Source: Bdellovibrionia bacterium
GTDB lineage: Bacteria > Bdellovibrionota > UBA1018
Reading direction: 5' to 3'
NCBI GenBank assembly: GCA_045805065.1
Contig: JBJMMA010000072.1
Location: 1 to 30,047 of the forward strand
Length of the DNA stretch: 30,047 nt
A program made the translations under genes and the position numbers. Under the pieces are notes generated by a model that saw only the letters and a list, made by a program, of their open reading frames with translations, was not told the origin of the DNA and did no database searches. Every line of letters starts with the position of its first letter. The stretch's first letter is position 1. Below are positions 18,426-27,067 of this stretch, piece by piece.

Positions 18426-20363
18426 TTAAGATGCCTCTCGGGATGCCTTTTTCTCCGAAACCGCTTCTTCAATGATCGCTTTACCTTGCGCATCCAGCAA
18501 TCCACCGGCCACGCGCACGACCTGCGCGGCCTTTGCCAACCTTTCGCGCAGCTGAGCGGAATTCTCCTTCTCCCTGGCGTTCTGATCCTGGAGCAGGTCG
18601 ATATTGAACTCGAGCAGATCGATCTTTCGCTTGAGTTCCATGATCTTGGATTCACGAGCCGTGATCAGGGCCTCCGAATCCTTGCGCACGATCTCAAGCT
18701 TGTTCTCAAGCTCCTTCTCGCGCACACGGATCTTGCGAATATCCGTACGGACGCGCACTTTAAGACGCTCGATTTCCTCTGTTGCCTCAGTCACTTTGGA
18801 TTCCAGCAGACGGGCCTTGTCGGTCTTGGTCTTGTTCTGAAAGCGAAGCTCGTCGATCTCGGCCTGCAAGCCTTGCAATGCCAGTGCCTTTTCTTTCTCA
18901 AATTCCTCGATTCGCTTCTGGCTTTCGCTCACCGTGTGTTCGAGTTCACCGCTCTTGCCTGACTCTTCACGAAGCTTCTTCTCAAGCTGCGCAATCTGAT
19001 CGCGAGCCGACTTGAGTTGATTGGAGAGGATGGCAACATCCTGCTCACGAAGCATGAGGTACTTCTTTAAAGTTTCGGAATCGGGGCTATGAACCGCGCC
19101 ACCTGGAATAACCGCATCACCTACAGGTTCGGCAAAAACAAGGGCCGAGCTCGAAGCGTCAGTCGGAATTCCCCCTGCCTTCTTGCCAGAAAACAGATAA
19201 GGAAGCTCGTCTTCCAGATCCTCTTCGTCGCCAGATGCTTGCGCAGCAGGTGAAGTGACCGAAGCAGCCACCGGAGCCGAAGTGTGACTTGCAGCCACTG
19301 GCATTTCGACCATTTCTTCCACTTTTGCATGAGCGCTCTGCTCGAAAGATTCAGTCATGAGCACTTGAGGCTCATCCTGACCGGCAGGCGATAACGCTCC
19401 TAAATCGAAAGCAGGAGATCCGCTTGCTGGAGCAATGCCGATGGATGAAGGATCAAGAACCGTCGTGCCACCTTCGGGCTGCTCCTCATCGGATGCAAGT
19501 TCCAAAGCTGGGCCATGGGAAAGCTTCAGTTGCTGATCGATCTCAAGGCGCTCATAAGGCTCGAGGTCTTGAAGCAGCGAGCTCTCCAGCTGTTGCGGCT
19601 CGACTAAATCAGGAAGGTCCGACTCGGAAAGAGCAACTGTAGCGGTTGCTGAGCCCTGAAGACCAGACGGAGATCCCGATGGCAGCTGAGAGGCAGGCCC
19701 GTGTGACAGGACAAGCGATGGCGCAGGCCCCGCCTCCGCCAGAGCGATCGCGGCTCCGTCGGCTGGCTCTCCTACGACTTCCAGAGAAGGAAGCGCCGAA
19801 GGCATCTCCAGTTTGAGATTTGCATCACGTGCGCCGGTCTCATCCGCGGAGGTTTCCTCGAGCTTGACGTCCAGGCTATCAAAGCTCAGGGACGAAGCCG
19901 AAGTCACCGTCGAGGTATTTGACGGCTTTTTAAGCTTTGAATTGGTTCCAGTGATCGTGGCAGCGGCAAAACGGATCGAATTGCCGAACATGGTCTCAAT
20001 CGTCTCAATGAGCTCATCATCGGTGAATGGCCACCGCAGATAGGCGTTAACCCCCAGCGCACCTTGCTGGTGCTGGAAGAAATCCGCCTCATTCCATAAA
20101 CTTGATGTAAAAATCATTGGCAAGTCCGACTGAGTCGGATCCGCCTTGATGCGCGCGATGAGCTTTTCGCCTTCATCCAAGGCGTCGTCGGTCTGGCCCT
20201 CGCGGTGAATAATGGCAAGATCCAGACTCGGACCGTGAAGCTGGAGCATTTTCCAGGCTTCCTCAGAGTGCGAAGGGATCAATACCACTGCTCCAGCCGC
20301 CTGGAGTCGGGCCGTGATCTTATGCTGCGCGTCGATGTGATGATTCAAGAGGAGAATCTTCAT
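18426..20363 (-). CDS. AglZ/FrzS-like protein: pseudo-receiver, acidic low-complexity linker and long coiled coil
   Basis: Receiver-like N-terminus with the acidic residues lost (LLLNHH, LAIIH). About 300 aa of S/A/E/P-rich linker, then about 200 aa of heptad coiled coil. Start placed at ATG 20363 after GAGG (alternative 20375). Confidence 0.7.
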   Translation of the reverse strand: MKILLLNHHIDAQHKITARLQAAGAVVLIPSHSEEAWKMLQLHGPSLDLAIIHREGQTDDALDEGEKLIARIKADPTQSDLPMIFTSSLWNEADFFQHQQGALGVNAYLRWPFTDDELIETIETMFGNSIRFAAATITGTNSKLKKPSNTSTVTSASSLSFDSLDVKLEETSADETGARDANLKLEMPSALPSLEVVGEPADGAAIALAEAGPAPSLVLSHGPASQLPSGSPSGLQGSATATVALSESDLPDLVEPQQLESSLLQDLEPYERLEIDQQLKLSHGPALELASDEEQPEGGTTVLDPSSIGIAPASGSPAFDLGALSPAGQDEPQVLMTESFEQSAHAKVEEMVEMPVAASHTSAPVAASVTSPAAQASGDEEDLEDELPYLFSGKKAGGIPTDASSSALVFAEPVGDAVIPGGAVHSPDSETLKKYLMLREQDVAILSNQLKSARDQIAQLEKKLREESGKSGELEHTVSESQKRIEEFEKEKALALQGLQAEIDELRFQNKTKTDKARLLESKVTEATEEIERLKVRVRTDIRKIRVREKELENKLEIVRKDSEALITARESKIMELKRKIDLLEFNIDLLQDQNAREKENSAQLRERLAKAAQVVRVAGGLLDAQGKAIIEEAVSEKKASREAS

Positions 20364-20395
20364 CAACTTCCTCATCGGCGCGAGTGTTCGATAAG

Positions 20396-20424
20396 TTGAC
20401 AGTAATTTTGCGGAAAGCTAACCT
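20396..20424 (+). promoter_or_regulatory. Putative sigma-70 promoter for the membrane protein-bactofilin operon
   Basis: TTGACA-N17-TAACCT in the divergent gap. It would give a near-leaderless transcript, and no RBS is visible before ATG 20437. Confidence 0.5.
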
Positions 20425-20436
20425 TTTTAGACTGAT

Positions 20437-21462
20437 ATGACTCAACCTATCGCACCCGCTGTATCATCTGTCGGAGAATCCAAAACTTCCGCCTCCGACT
20501 CATTTGAGTCGACTCACGCGCAAGGGCCGCGCACCGGCTCATTTCAAAGTGGGCATGCCGGGGGAGCAGCGGATCAGCTGACAGTCCTGGTATTTAAAGA
20601 TAATTTCACGGCGAGGACTTTCAAAATTCCCCTCAAGTGGATCAACCAGGTTGGCTGGATCCTGGCTGGCAGCTTTTTGGCGGTACTTCTCTGCATCGCA
20701 ATCGCCATCAAATTGACGGTGTCGGCGCGCACTCATAAATTTAATACCAGTTATGTAAACTCAGATCCACAGGCCCAAAACAGGATTCAAGATCTTGAAA
20801 ATCAGCTTAAGGAAGCGCAGAGCCGAATTCAGACACTGAGCGCGGCCAGTTCGGCACAAGCTCCGCAAGCGAGCGCAAGCTCCGTCACCAGCGCTCCGGT
20901 TACGGAAAACTCAGACGCTCCAGTGATCGATCCGGCATTGCTCTCGCCCTCCTCCCCGATCGCGAACTCCAAGCCATTTCTTTTCAAGGGCCTTCCGGAT
21001 CAGCTTCAGGTGCAAACCGGCGAAGTGCCGATCACTCTGGGAGCTCCTTCCGCGCGCTGGAATGGAAAAATGCTCGCAGTCCGCTTCAATCTTCAATACG
21101 TGAGCAAGAACCCGGGAGGTCAGCAAGGCAGAATCGTGATTCTGGCGCGCGGCCCCGGAATGATGCTCGCCCACCCTGCCGAAGTCTTCCAGGAAGTCGG
21201 CAAAGACGTTCTCCTCAACCCGAACAAGGGTGAGTATTTCTCAGTCAGCCGTTACCGCGAAACCAAAGCTGACTTCGGCCCAATTGCCTCCAAGGACAGC
21301 ATCAAGGAAGTCGAAGTCCTGGTTCTCAGCTCAACGGGGCAACTTCTCATTCACGAAAACATAATCCCCGGTAAAGCACCCAATGGGAGCGCCAAGCGTG
21401 CAGCACCAGCCACTCAAAGTGGATCAGACAGCGGACCAACGACTGAGGACGGCGAACAATGA
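20437..21462 (+). CDS. Bitopic membrane protein (TM helix, coiled coil, beta-rich C-terminal domain); probable bactofilin partner
   Basis: TM segment GWILAGSFLAVLLCIAIAI and coiled coil RIQDLENQLKEAQSRIQTL. ATGA overlap with the bactofilin gene. Confidence 0.7.
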   Translation: MTQPIAPAVSSVGESKTSASDSFESTHAQGPRTGSFQSGHAGGAADQLTVLVFKDNFTARTFKIPLKWINQVGWILAGSFLAVLLCIAIAIKLTVSARTHKFNTSYVNSDPQAQNRIQDLENQLKEAQSRIQTLSAASSAQAPQASASSVTSAPVTENSDAPVIDPALLSPSSPIANSKPFLFKGLPDQLQVQTGEVPITLGAPSARWNGKMLAVRFNLQYVSKNPGGQQGRIVILARGPGMMLAHPAEVFQEVGKDVLLNPNKGEYFSVSRYRETKADFGPIASKDSIKEVEVLVLSSTGQLLIHENIIPGKAPNGSAKRAAPATQSGSDSGPTTEDGEQ

Positions 21463-21800
21463 ATTTAGAACAAATCCACGAATCCGAGATCAACATCATC
21501 TCCCAGAGCACAAGGCTTGAGGGAAAGATCCAGTTTGACCATGTCACGCGCGTACACGGCGTGCTGGTTGGCGAAGTTCAATCCCGTGAAGGCAGCAAAC
21601 TGATCTTGAGCGAGTCGTCAGTCGTGGAAGGCAATATCATCGCCGATATGCTTTTGATCGATGGCTATGTCCGCGGCGATATCAAAACAACAGGCAAGGT
21701 AAAGATTTCTCGTACCGGCCGCGTCGTCGGAAACATCAAGACCCCAAAGCTTGAGCTCGAGTTTGGCGCCTATTTCGAAGGCCGCTGCTCAATGGAATAA
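21459..21800 (+). CDS. Bactofilin (polymer-forming cytoskeletal protein, CcmA family)
   Basis: Beta-helix repeats LEGKI, VHGVLVGEV, VEGNI, IDGYVRGDI, VVGNI and GAYFEGRCSM. Confidence 0.93.
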   Translation: MNLEQIHESEINIISQSTRLEGKIQFDHVTRVHGVLVGEVQSREGSKLILSESSVVEGNIIADMLLIDGYVRGDIKTTGKVKISRTGRVVGNIKTPKLELEFGAYFEGRCSME

Positions 21801-21814
21801 AACTGGGGAATAAT

Positions 21815-23236
21815 TTAATACTTCCCGTCCAGAATGCTTTGCGCCGACACGCGCCTGACTTTGAAGCCAGCTTTCTTGAGGATCGGCTCGATCGTTTTTG
21901 CATCCCCTGCTACAGCGATGATGAGATGAGACAGATCAAAGCTTGAAGCAACGGCTGAGTTCACGTCCGAAGCCTGTACAGCCGAAATCTTTGGCACAAA
22001 CTCATTCAAACGATTTGGGCCAAGATCATAAAGATCGTTCAGCATCCAGCGCCCCGCCACTCCCTCCAGAGTTGATGTCGAGAGCGGGAATCCTCCGATG
22101 AGGTAGTCCTTGGCGGTTGCGACTTCATCCGCTGGCACGGCAGTGGATTTCATCTGACGAAGCACTTCGAGGGTCTTCTTGATCAACTGACCAGTCGACT
22201 CGTTGCGAGTTGCTGCGGAAACCGAGAATACAGCAAGATCCTTGCTGTAGCCGATCGAACTACCGATGCCGTAAGTGAGTCCTAATTGGTCGCGAATCAG
22301 AGTGTTCAGCCGACTATGAAAGTATTCGCCCAAGAGCGCATTGGCAACGCTCAGAGGGAAATGACGAGGATCCTTCACAAGTGGCGCGCGAAACCCAAGT
22401 CGGACCTGGGCTTGATTGAGGTTCGGGCGATCCAGCAGGAGCACTTCGCCTGCGTGGGGCACGAAATTCAGTGAACGATAGGACTTTTTCTCATGCTGGG
22501 GAGCCTTCCCCTGCCAATCACCGAAAAGCGCGACGATCTTCTCGCGGAATGCCTTTCGATCCACACGCCCAACCACCATCAGAGTAGCGTTCTCTGGCGT
22601 GAAATTTTTACGCCACCATTGAACCACGTCCTCACGCTTGAGCCCCGCAAGCTCGCGCGAAGACAATACGGAGCCGCGAGCGTAAATCGTTCCCTGAGTC
22701 ATGGACCGGCGATACGCAAGATCGACAAGACTATCCCCGTAATCAGCAAGCCGGCTCCATCCGTCCAGCATGCGTGCCTGCTCTCGCTTGACTTCAGCGG
22801 CCGGAAACTCAGGCTGTCTTACCAAGTGAGCCATGAGATCCAAAAGTGTGTCCGCATCGGGCGCAAGCCCATGGAAGCCGACATGAAAAGAATCCTCGTC
22901 AGCGTTGGCCGAACGAGACGCTCCCAATGATTCGACTTTCTCTGCGATCTGGCGAGCCGTAAGCCCCCCTGCTCCGCGGTCGATGGTCGCAGCAAGAAGC
23001 TCGGCTGTCCCGGATTTTCCGGAAAGATCATCGCGAGCGCCACTTCTGAGAAGCAATTCAAGATCAACCACTGGAAGGCGATCGCTCGTGAACCAGACAA
23101 TTCTCAGACCGTTAGAAAGCTTCTCAACATCCGGAGTGGGTAACTTGAGCGCAGTGGGTGCTGCGGCAAATGCATTTGCGCAAACAAGAAATCCGGTCAG
23201 TAAAACGGACGCGATCGAGAATGATTTCTTCTTCAT
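21815..23236 (-). CDS. M16B peptidase, non-catalytic subunit (secreted)
   Basis: M16 fold motifs (LSNGL, SRLNTLIRDQLGLTYG with the R/Y pair), but HXXEH is replaced by ELLAA. Signal peptide; 4-bp overlap with its partner. Confidence 0.9.
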   Translation of the reverse strand: MKKKSFSIASVLLTGFLVCANAFAAAPTALKLPTPDVEKLSNGLRIVWFTSDRLPVVDLELLLRSGARDDLSGKSGTAELLAATIDRGAGGLTARQIAEKVESLGASRSANADEDSFHVGFHGLAPDADTLLDLMAHLVRQPEFPAAEVKREQARMLDGWSRLADYGDSLVDLAYRRSMTQGTIYARGSVLSSRELAGLKREDVVQWWRKNFTPENATLMVVGRVDRKAFREKIVALFGDWQGKAPQHEKKSYRSLNFVPHAGEVLLLDRPNLNQAQVRLGFRAPLVKDPRHFPLSVANALLGEYFHSRLNTLIRDQLGLTYGIGSSIGYSKDLAVFSVSAATRNESTGQLIKKTLEVLRQMKSTAVPADEVATAKDYLIGGFPLSTSTLEGVAGRWMLNDLYDLGPNRLNEFVPKISAVQASDVNSAVASSFDLSHLIIAVAGDAKTIEPILKKAGFKVRRVSAQSILDGKY

Positions 23237-24630
23237 TTGGAGGCCTTTTCTGGAACAAGCGTCACAACAGAGCGGCTGTTGGGAATCAGATATTTTTGAG
23301 CCACGCGCTGAACATCGCCAGGCGTGACCTTGGTATACTTGGCGAGATCGCTTCCGAACTCGTAAGGATCACCCAAAATCACTTGCACGGTCCCGATGAG
23401 AGAAGCCAGTCCGTACGGCGTGCGAACACCATCCACAGCCTGAACCGTCAGCTGACGAACGGCGCGCTTCACTTCTTCCTGAGTGACACCGCTTTCCTGG
23501 ACTTCCTTGATCAGCGCAGTGAGAAGCTCTTCGGCCTTCTCGGATTTCTTTCCTCTTTGCAGAGTGGTCGAAATAATGAAGAGCCCCGGGTAAGAAGGCG
23601 TGTAGTTGGTTCCGGAAACGCCCAGGCTGGTTTCCGTTTCCTCGACGAGCCTTCGATGTCCGCGCGAGTTGGTCCCCTCAAAAAGAATATTGGAGAGCAC
23701 ATCGAGTGCATAAGCATCATCTTCAAGCGCTGATGGGACATGATACGCCACCATCATACGATCATTCGCGACTTCATCTCTGAGAACCAGACGCCGCTCT
23801 CCGTTCTGGTCGGGCTCGGTCGGGATCTTGCGCGAGGGACGATCATGACGTTCGATTGGCCCATAGTGGTTTTTGATGAGCTGCAAAGTTTTATCGGGAT
23901 CAAAATCCCCCACAATGACGACCGACGCGTTTGCGGGTTGATAGTTTGCCTTGAAGAATGCCTTGAGATCTTCGGTCGTGATCCGGAGCAGATCCTCAGG
24001 ATAACCGATGACAGGCCATTGGTAAGGATGGATGCTGTAAGAGAGCTTCCAGAGCGCTTCCTGCATGCGGCCTTCGGGCGTGTTCTCCGTGCGCATACGG
24101 CGCTCTTCGAACACCACCATGCGCTCGGTGTTGAGCACTTGATCGCTGAGCGTGAGATTTGCCATGCGATCCGATTCCATGTCGATCACGCGCTCAAGAA
24201 GTGTCGGAACAAAATTCTCGTAATAAACGGTGTAATCGCGGGTCGTGAAAGCGTTAACCTCAGCCCCTTTGGCCTCAAGCTGGAGGAAGAACTGTTTCTC
24301 GGGGTATTTTGGCGTCCCTTTGAACATAAGATGTTCAAAAAGATGCGCGATCCCGGTGTAGCCCGGCTTTTCGTCAACGGACCCGACCTTGAACCAGGTC
24401 TGATAGCTGATCACAGGCACAGTGTGATCTTCGACCATGATGACCTGAAGCCCATTGGAGAGCTTCTCGACCCGCATCGGAAGATTCACCCCAAGCTCGC
24501 TTCCACGAGGGATCACTGAATGGTTATCAGCCACTTTTCCAGTGCTGCAACCCACGCCTGCAACGGCAAGGGTCAGGCCAAAAAGCGCTACCTTAAATCC
24601 ATTTCCTCTCGCGGTACCATTGAATCGCAT
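23233..24630 (-). CDS. M16B zinc peptidase, catalytic subunit (lipoprotein)
   Basis: GIAHLFEHLMFKGT (HXXEH), NAFT and VFEER; lipobox-like GVGC. Confidence 0.93.
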   Translation of the reverse strand: MRFNGTARGNGFKVALFGLTLAVAGVGCSTGKVADNHSVIPRGSELGVNLPMRVEKLSNGLQVIMVEDHTVPVISYQTWFKVGSVDEKPGYTGIAHLFEHLMFKGTPKYPEKQFFLQLEAKGAEVNAFTTRDYTVYYENFVPTLLERVIDMESDRMANLTLSDQVLNTERMVVFEERRMRTENTPEGRMQEALWKLSYSIHPYQWPVIGYPEDLLRITTEDLKAFFKANYQPANASVVIVGDFDPDKTLQLIKNHYGPIERHDRPSRKIPTEPDQNGERRLVLRDEVANDRMMVAYHVPSALEDDAYALDVLSNILFEGTNSRGHRRLVEETETSLGVSGTNYTPSYPGLFIISTTLQRGKKSEKAEELLTALIKEVQESGVTQEEVKRAVRQLTVQAVDGVRTPYGLASLIGTVQVILGDPYEFGSDLAKYTKVTPGDVQRVAQKYLIPNSRSVVTLVPEKASK

Positions 24631-25600
24631 CGGCCATCCCTGTCGATAGATTGTACTTGGGACTATATCCCAGCATCAGCTTTGCCTTGTCCGTGGAGCA
24701 AATCCAGTAGTCCGGCAAAATCTCATTGAGCTTGTCGCGGTTCAAAGGAAACGTCTTTCCCATCATCGCGCCGAGCGCGCTCGCTGCTGCTGCCGCAAGC
24801 GAGACCACAAAGGCCGGAATCTTCAACTCAAAGGCGCGGACGCCGAGTGATGCCGACATCGCAAGCAAAAGCTCGCGGTAAGTATAGAGCCCGCCATCCG
24901 TCAGATAAAAGACCTCGCCCGATGGAACTTTCTCAAGCTGTGCCTCACCTGCCTGAATGATCCCGCGGCAAAGATCACTGACATGGATCAAGCTGTAGTA
25001 TTTGCTGCCATCCGGAGTCGCGCCCTGGATCATCGGCATCATTCGGCGGGAAACCGTACGAATCACGACAAAGATGTCCTTATCCCGCGGACCATAAACC
25101 ATCGGTGGACGAATGATCGTGACCGGAATGCGATCCTTGAACTTCAAGGCCTCGCGCTCACCCTGAAGCTTGCTCTCGCCATAAAGCGAAACAGGAGTCG
25201 CCTCATGGCTCTCAAGATTCGGCTTCTCAAGAGAAGGGGCCGGTCCAGCGGCAGCGAGGCTCGAAACCAGAACAAAGCGGCGAATGCCAGGATTCACTTC
25301 CGCAATGGCTTCCACCAAAAGGCGTGTTCCTTCAGCGTTATGTCTGAAAAATCCGTCACGGTTCGGCGCACGAACCACGCCCGCCAGGTGAAATACAACG
25401 TCCACCCCCTCCACTGCTTTTTTCAAGGAGTCGAGGTTGGAGAGATCGCCATCTGCTCTTTCGTAACGAATGCCTTCCAGGTGAGACGTATCGGACGTTT
25501 TTCGAAGAAGCGCCCGAACTTCGTAGCCTCTTTCGGCAAGCTCGCGAATCAGCGAGCTTCCGATAAATCCGCTGCCACCTGTAACTAATGCCTTGGGCAT
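24593..25600 (-). CDS. NAD-dependent epimerase/dehydratase (extended SDR)
   Basis: TGGSGFIG, FHLAG, VSSLAA, YGESK (YxxxK) and RPPMVYGP. Confidence 0.92.
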   Translation of the reverse strand: MPKALVTGGSGFIGSSLIRELAERGYEVRALLRKTSDTSHLEGIRYERADGDLSNLDSLKKAVEGVDVVFHLAGVVRAPNRDGFFRHNAEGTRLLVEAIAEVNPGIRRFVLVSSLAAAGPAPSLEKPNLESHEATPVSLYGESKLQGEREALKFKDRIPVTIIRPPMVYGPRDKDIFVVIRTVSRRMMPMIQGATPDGSKYYSLIHVSDLCRGIIQAGEAQLEKVPSGEVFYLTDGGLYTYRELLLAMSASLGVRAFELKIPAFVVSLAAAAASALGAMMGKTFPLNRDKLNEILPDYWICSTDKAKLMLGYSPKYNLSTGMADAIQWYRERKWI

Positions 25601-25602
25601 GA

Positions 25603-26082
25603 TTACTCTTCGATCTCTCCGACTGCCGTTTGAAGGTAGTTCTGGATGCCAAGCTGAGTGACGAGATCAAGTTGCGTCTCGTAGAAGTCAATTCGCTCTT
25701 CACTCTCTTCAAGAAGCTCAGCCAGAAGATCGCGGCTCACATAGTCCTGCTCTTTTTCGCAGGCCTGAGTCGCTTCGGCGATCTTGTTGCGCAAGGAGAT
25801 CTCAAGCGTCATGTCGCTTTTGAGGATCTCCGGCACCGTTTGACCAATGTTGAGCTTTCCCAGATCTTGGAGGTTAGGAAGGCCTTCGAGGAAAAGGATG
25901 CGCTCGATGAGTTTATCGGATTCCTTCATCACATCGATCGAGGCGTCCCACTCCTTGTCGGCGAGACCTTCGTAGCCCCAGTTTTTCAAAATCTTCGCGT
26001 GCAGGAAGTACTGATTGATCGCAATCAGTTCGACTCCCAGGACCTTGTTCAGCTCGGAATTGATCGTACGGCTGCCTTTCAT
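25603..26082 (-). CDS. bfr: Bacterioferritin, heme-binding subunit with a degenerate ferroxidase centre
   Basis: AINQYFLH and IERILFLEGLPNLQDLGKLNIG. Met52 is kept; E51V, H54E, E127S and H130R by E. coli numbering. Confidence 0.93.
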   Translation of the reverse strand: MKGSRTINSELNKVLGVELIAINQYFLHAKILKNWGYEGLADKEWDASIDVMKESDKLIERILFLEGLPNLQDLGKLNIGQTVPEILKSDMTLEISLRNKIAEATQACEKEQDYVSRDLLAELLEESEERIDFYETQLDLVTQLGIQNYLQTAVGEIEE

Positions 26083-26094
26083 TTCGTCTCTCTC

Positions 26095-26589
26095 TTACTT
26101 TTGATCGTGAGCCGGGCCTTTGCCCGTCACGGATTGAAGATAATTCTGAAGACCCATCTGATCGATCAGGCGCAGCTGAACTTCAAGCCAGTGCGTGTGG
26201 TCTTCCTCGGTATTCTGGAGAAGCTCGACAAGAATCCGGCGAGTCTCATAGTCGTGCTCAGCTTCACAAAGAGCGATCGCTGATTTGAGATGCTTCACGA
26301 CCGAGTACTCGTAAGCGAGATCGTTCTTCATCATCTCAGGAACATTAGCGCCAACATTTAAAGGAGTCCGCGCTGCGACGTTTGGAGTTCCGCCCAGGAA
26401 CAAAATGCGTTGGATCAAGCGAGCCGCATGCTCGAGCTCTTCCTCGCGCTCATGATCAATCCGCTCATAGAGCGCCATCAATCCCCAGTTTTCGTACATC
26501 CGGGAGTGAATAAAGTATTGATCGGCCGCGGACAGCTCCCCGGTCAAAAGTGAGTTGAGTTCCTGAAGAACCTTGGTGTTGCCCTGCAT
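26095..26589 (-). CDS. bfr: Bacterioferritin, ferroxidase subunit lacking the heme ligand Met52
   Basis: E18, E51, H54, E94 and TEEDH are intact; residue 52 is Leu. Confidence 0.93.
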   Translation of the reverse strand: MQGNTKVLQELNSLLTGELSAADQYFIHSRMYENWGLMALYERIDHEREEELEHAARLIQRILFLGGTPNVAARTPLNVGANVPEMMKNDLAYEYSVVKHLKSAIALCEAEHDYETRRILVELLQNTEEDHTHWLEVQLRLIDQMGLQNYLQSVTGKGPAHDQK

Positions 26590-26679
26590 AAGTTTCCTTT
26601 CAACGGCCTTTTATCGGTAATGTGGACCGCCCAACTTTACTTTAGAAACAGGGGCTTAGTAAAGCTATTAGGAATGATC

Positions 26680-26708
26680 TTGATAACGCTTCTCATTATC
26701 ACTATCAT
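26680..26708 (+). promoter_or_regulatory. Fur box overlapping the sigma-70 promoter of bfd
   Basis: GATAACGCTTCTCATTATC (26682-26700) matches 15 of 19 positions of GATAATGATAATCATTATC. It lies within TTGATA-N17-TATCAT. Confidence 0.8.
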
Positions 26709-26745
26709 GGTATAGAGAGATAGCCTCTGAGGGGAATTAGGTCGT

Positions 26746-27021
26746 ATGTGGGTTTGTATTTGCCACGCACTAACAGACAAGGACATCGAGGCCGCTGAGG
26801 CCCAAGGCGCGAAGACCGAGCTTGAAGTTTACGCTCATTACGGCGTGAAGCCTCAATGCGGACGCTGCGTCCCTACGGTGAAATGCCTGATGAAATGCCA
26901 GAACAAGGCACCGATCTGTCAGGCCATCGCGGAAGTTACAAAGATTTCTCAGGATTCGGCTAGCACTGACACCTCTGATAGTGACGAGGTCATTGAGCTG
27001 GATAAGGCCTCCAGCTTTTAA
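26746..27021 (+). CDS. bfd: Bacterioferritin-associated [2Fe-2S] ferredoxin
   Basis: MWVCIC...CGRC (C4, C6, C38, C41); divergent from the bfr pair; GAGGGG RBS. Confidence 0.9.
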   Translation: MWVCICHALTDKDIEAAEAQGAKTELEVYAHYGVKPQCGRCVPTVKCLMKCQNKAPICQAIAEVTKISQDSASTDTSDSDEVIELDKASSF

Positions 27022-27067
27022 GCGCTTGCGTCAGCGTCATGGTCCAAAAGACGCATCATTTTACGAC

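Noticed and set aside
21815..23236. M16 gene without HXXEH, and the degenerate bfr, as pseudogenes
   Set aside because: Both are full-length intact frames matching known non-catalytic partner subunits.
23740..24519. 259-aa antisense ORF, and similar ones at 12157, 18261, 24983 and 25630
   Set aside because: Shadows of well-supported minus-strand genes.
27027..27055. tgcgtc...gacgca pairing between bfd and bphP
   Set aside because: Only 6 bp with a 17-nt loop; not a convincing terminator.
26981..27067. Longer ORF-track starts for bphP, and likewise proC, pyrG, kdsB and the REC-HPt gene
   Set aside because: The extensions overlap neighbours or precede the conserved N-termini; downstream ATGs fit better.
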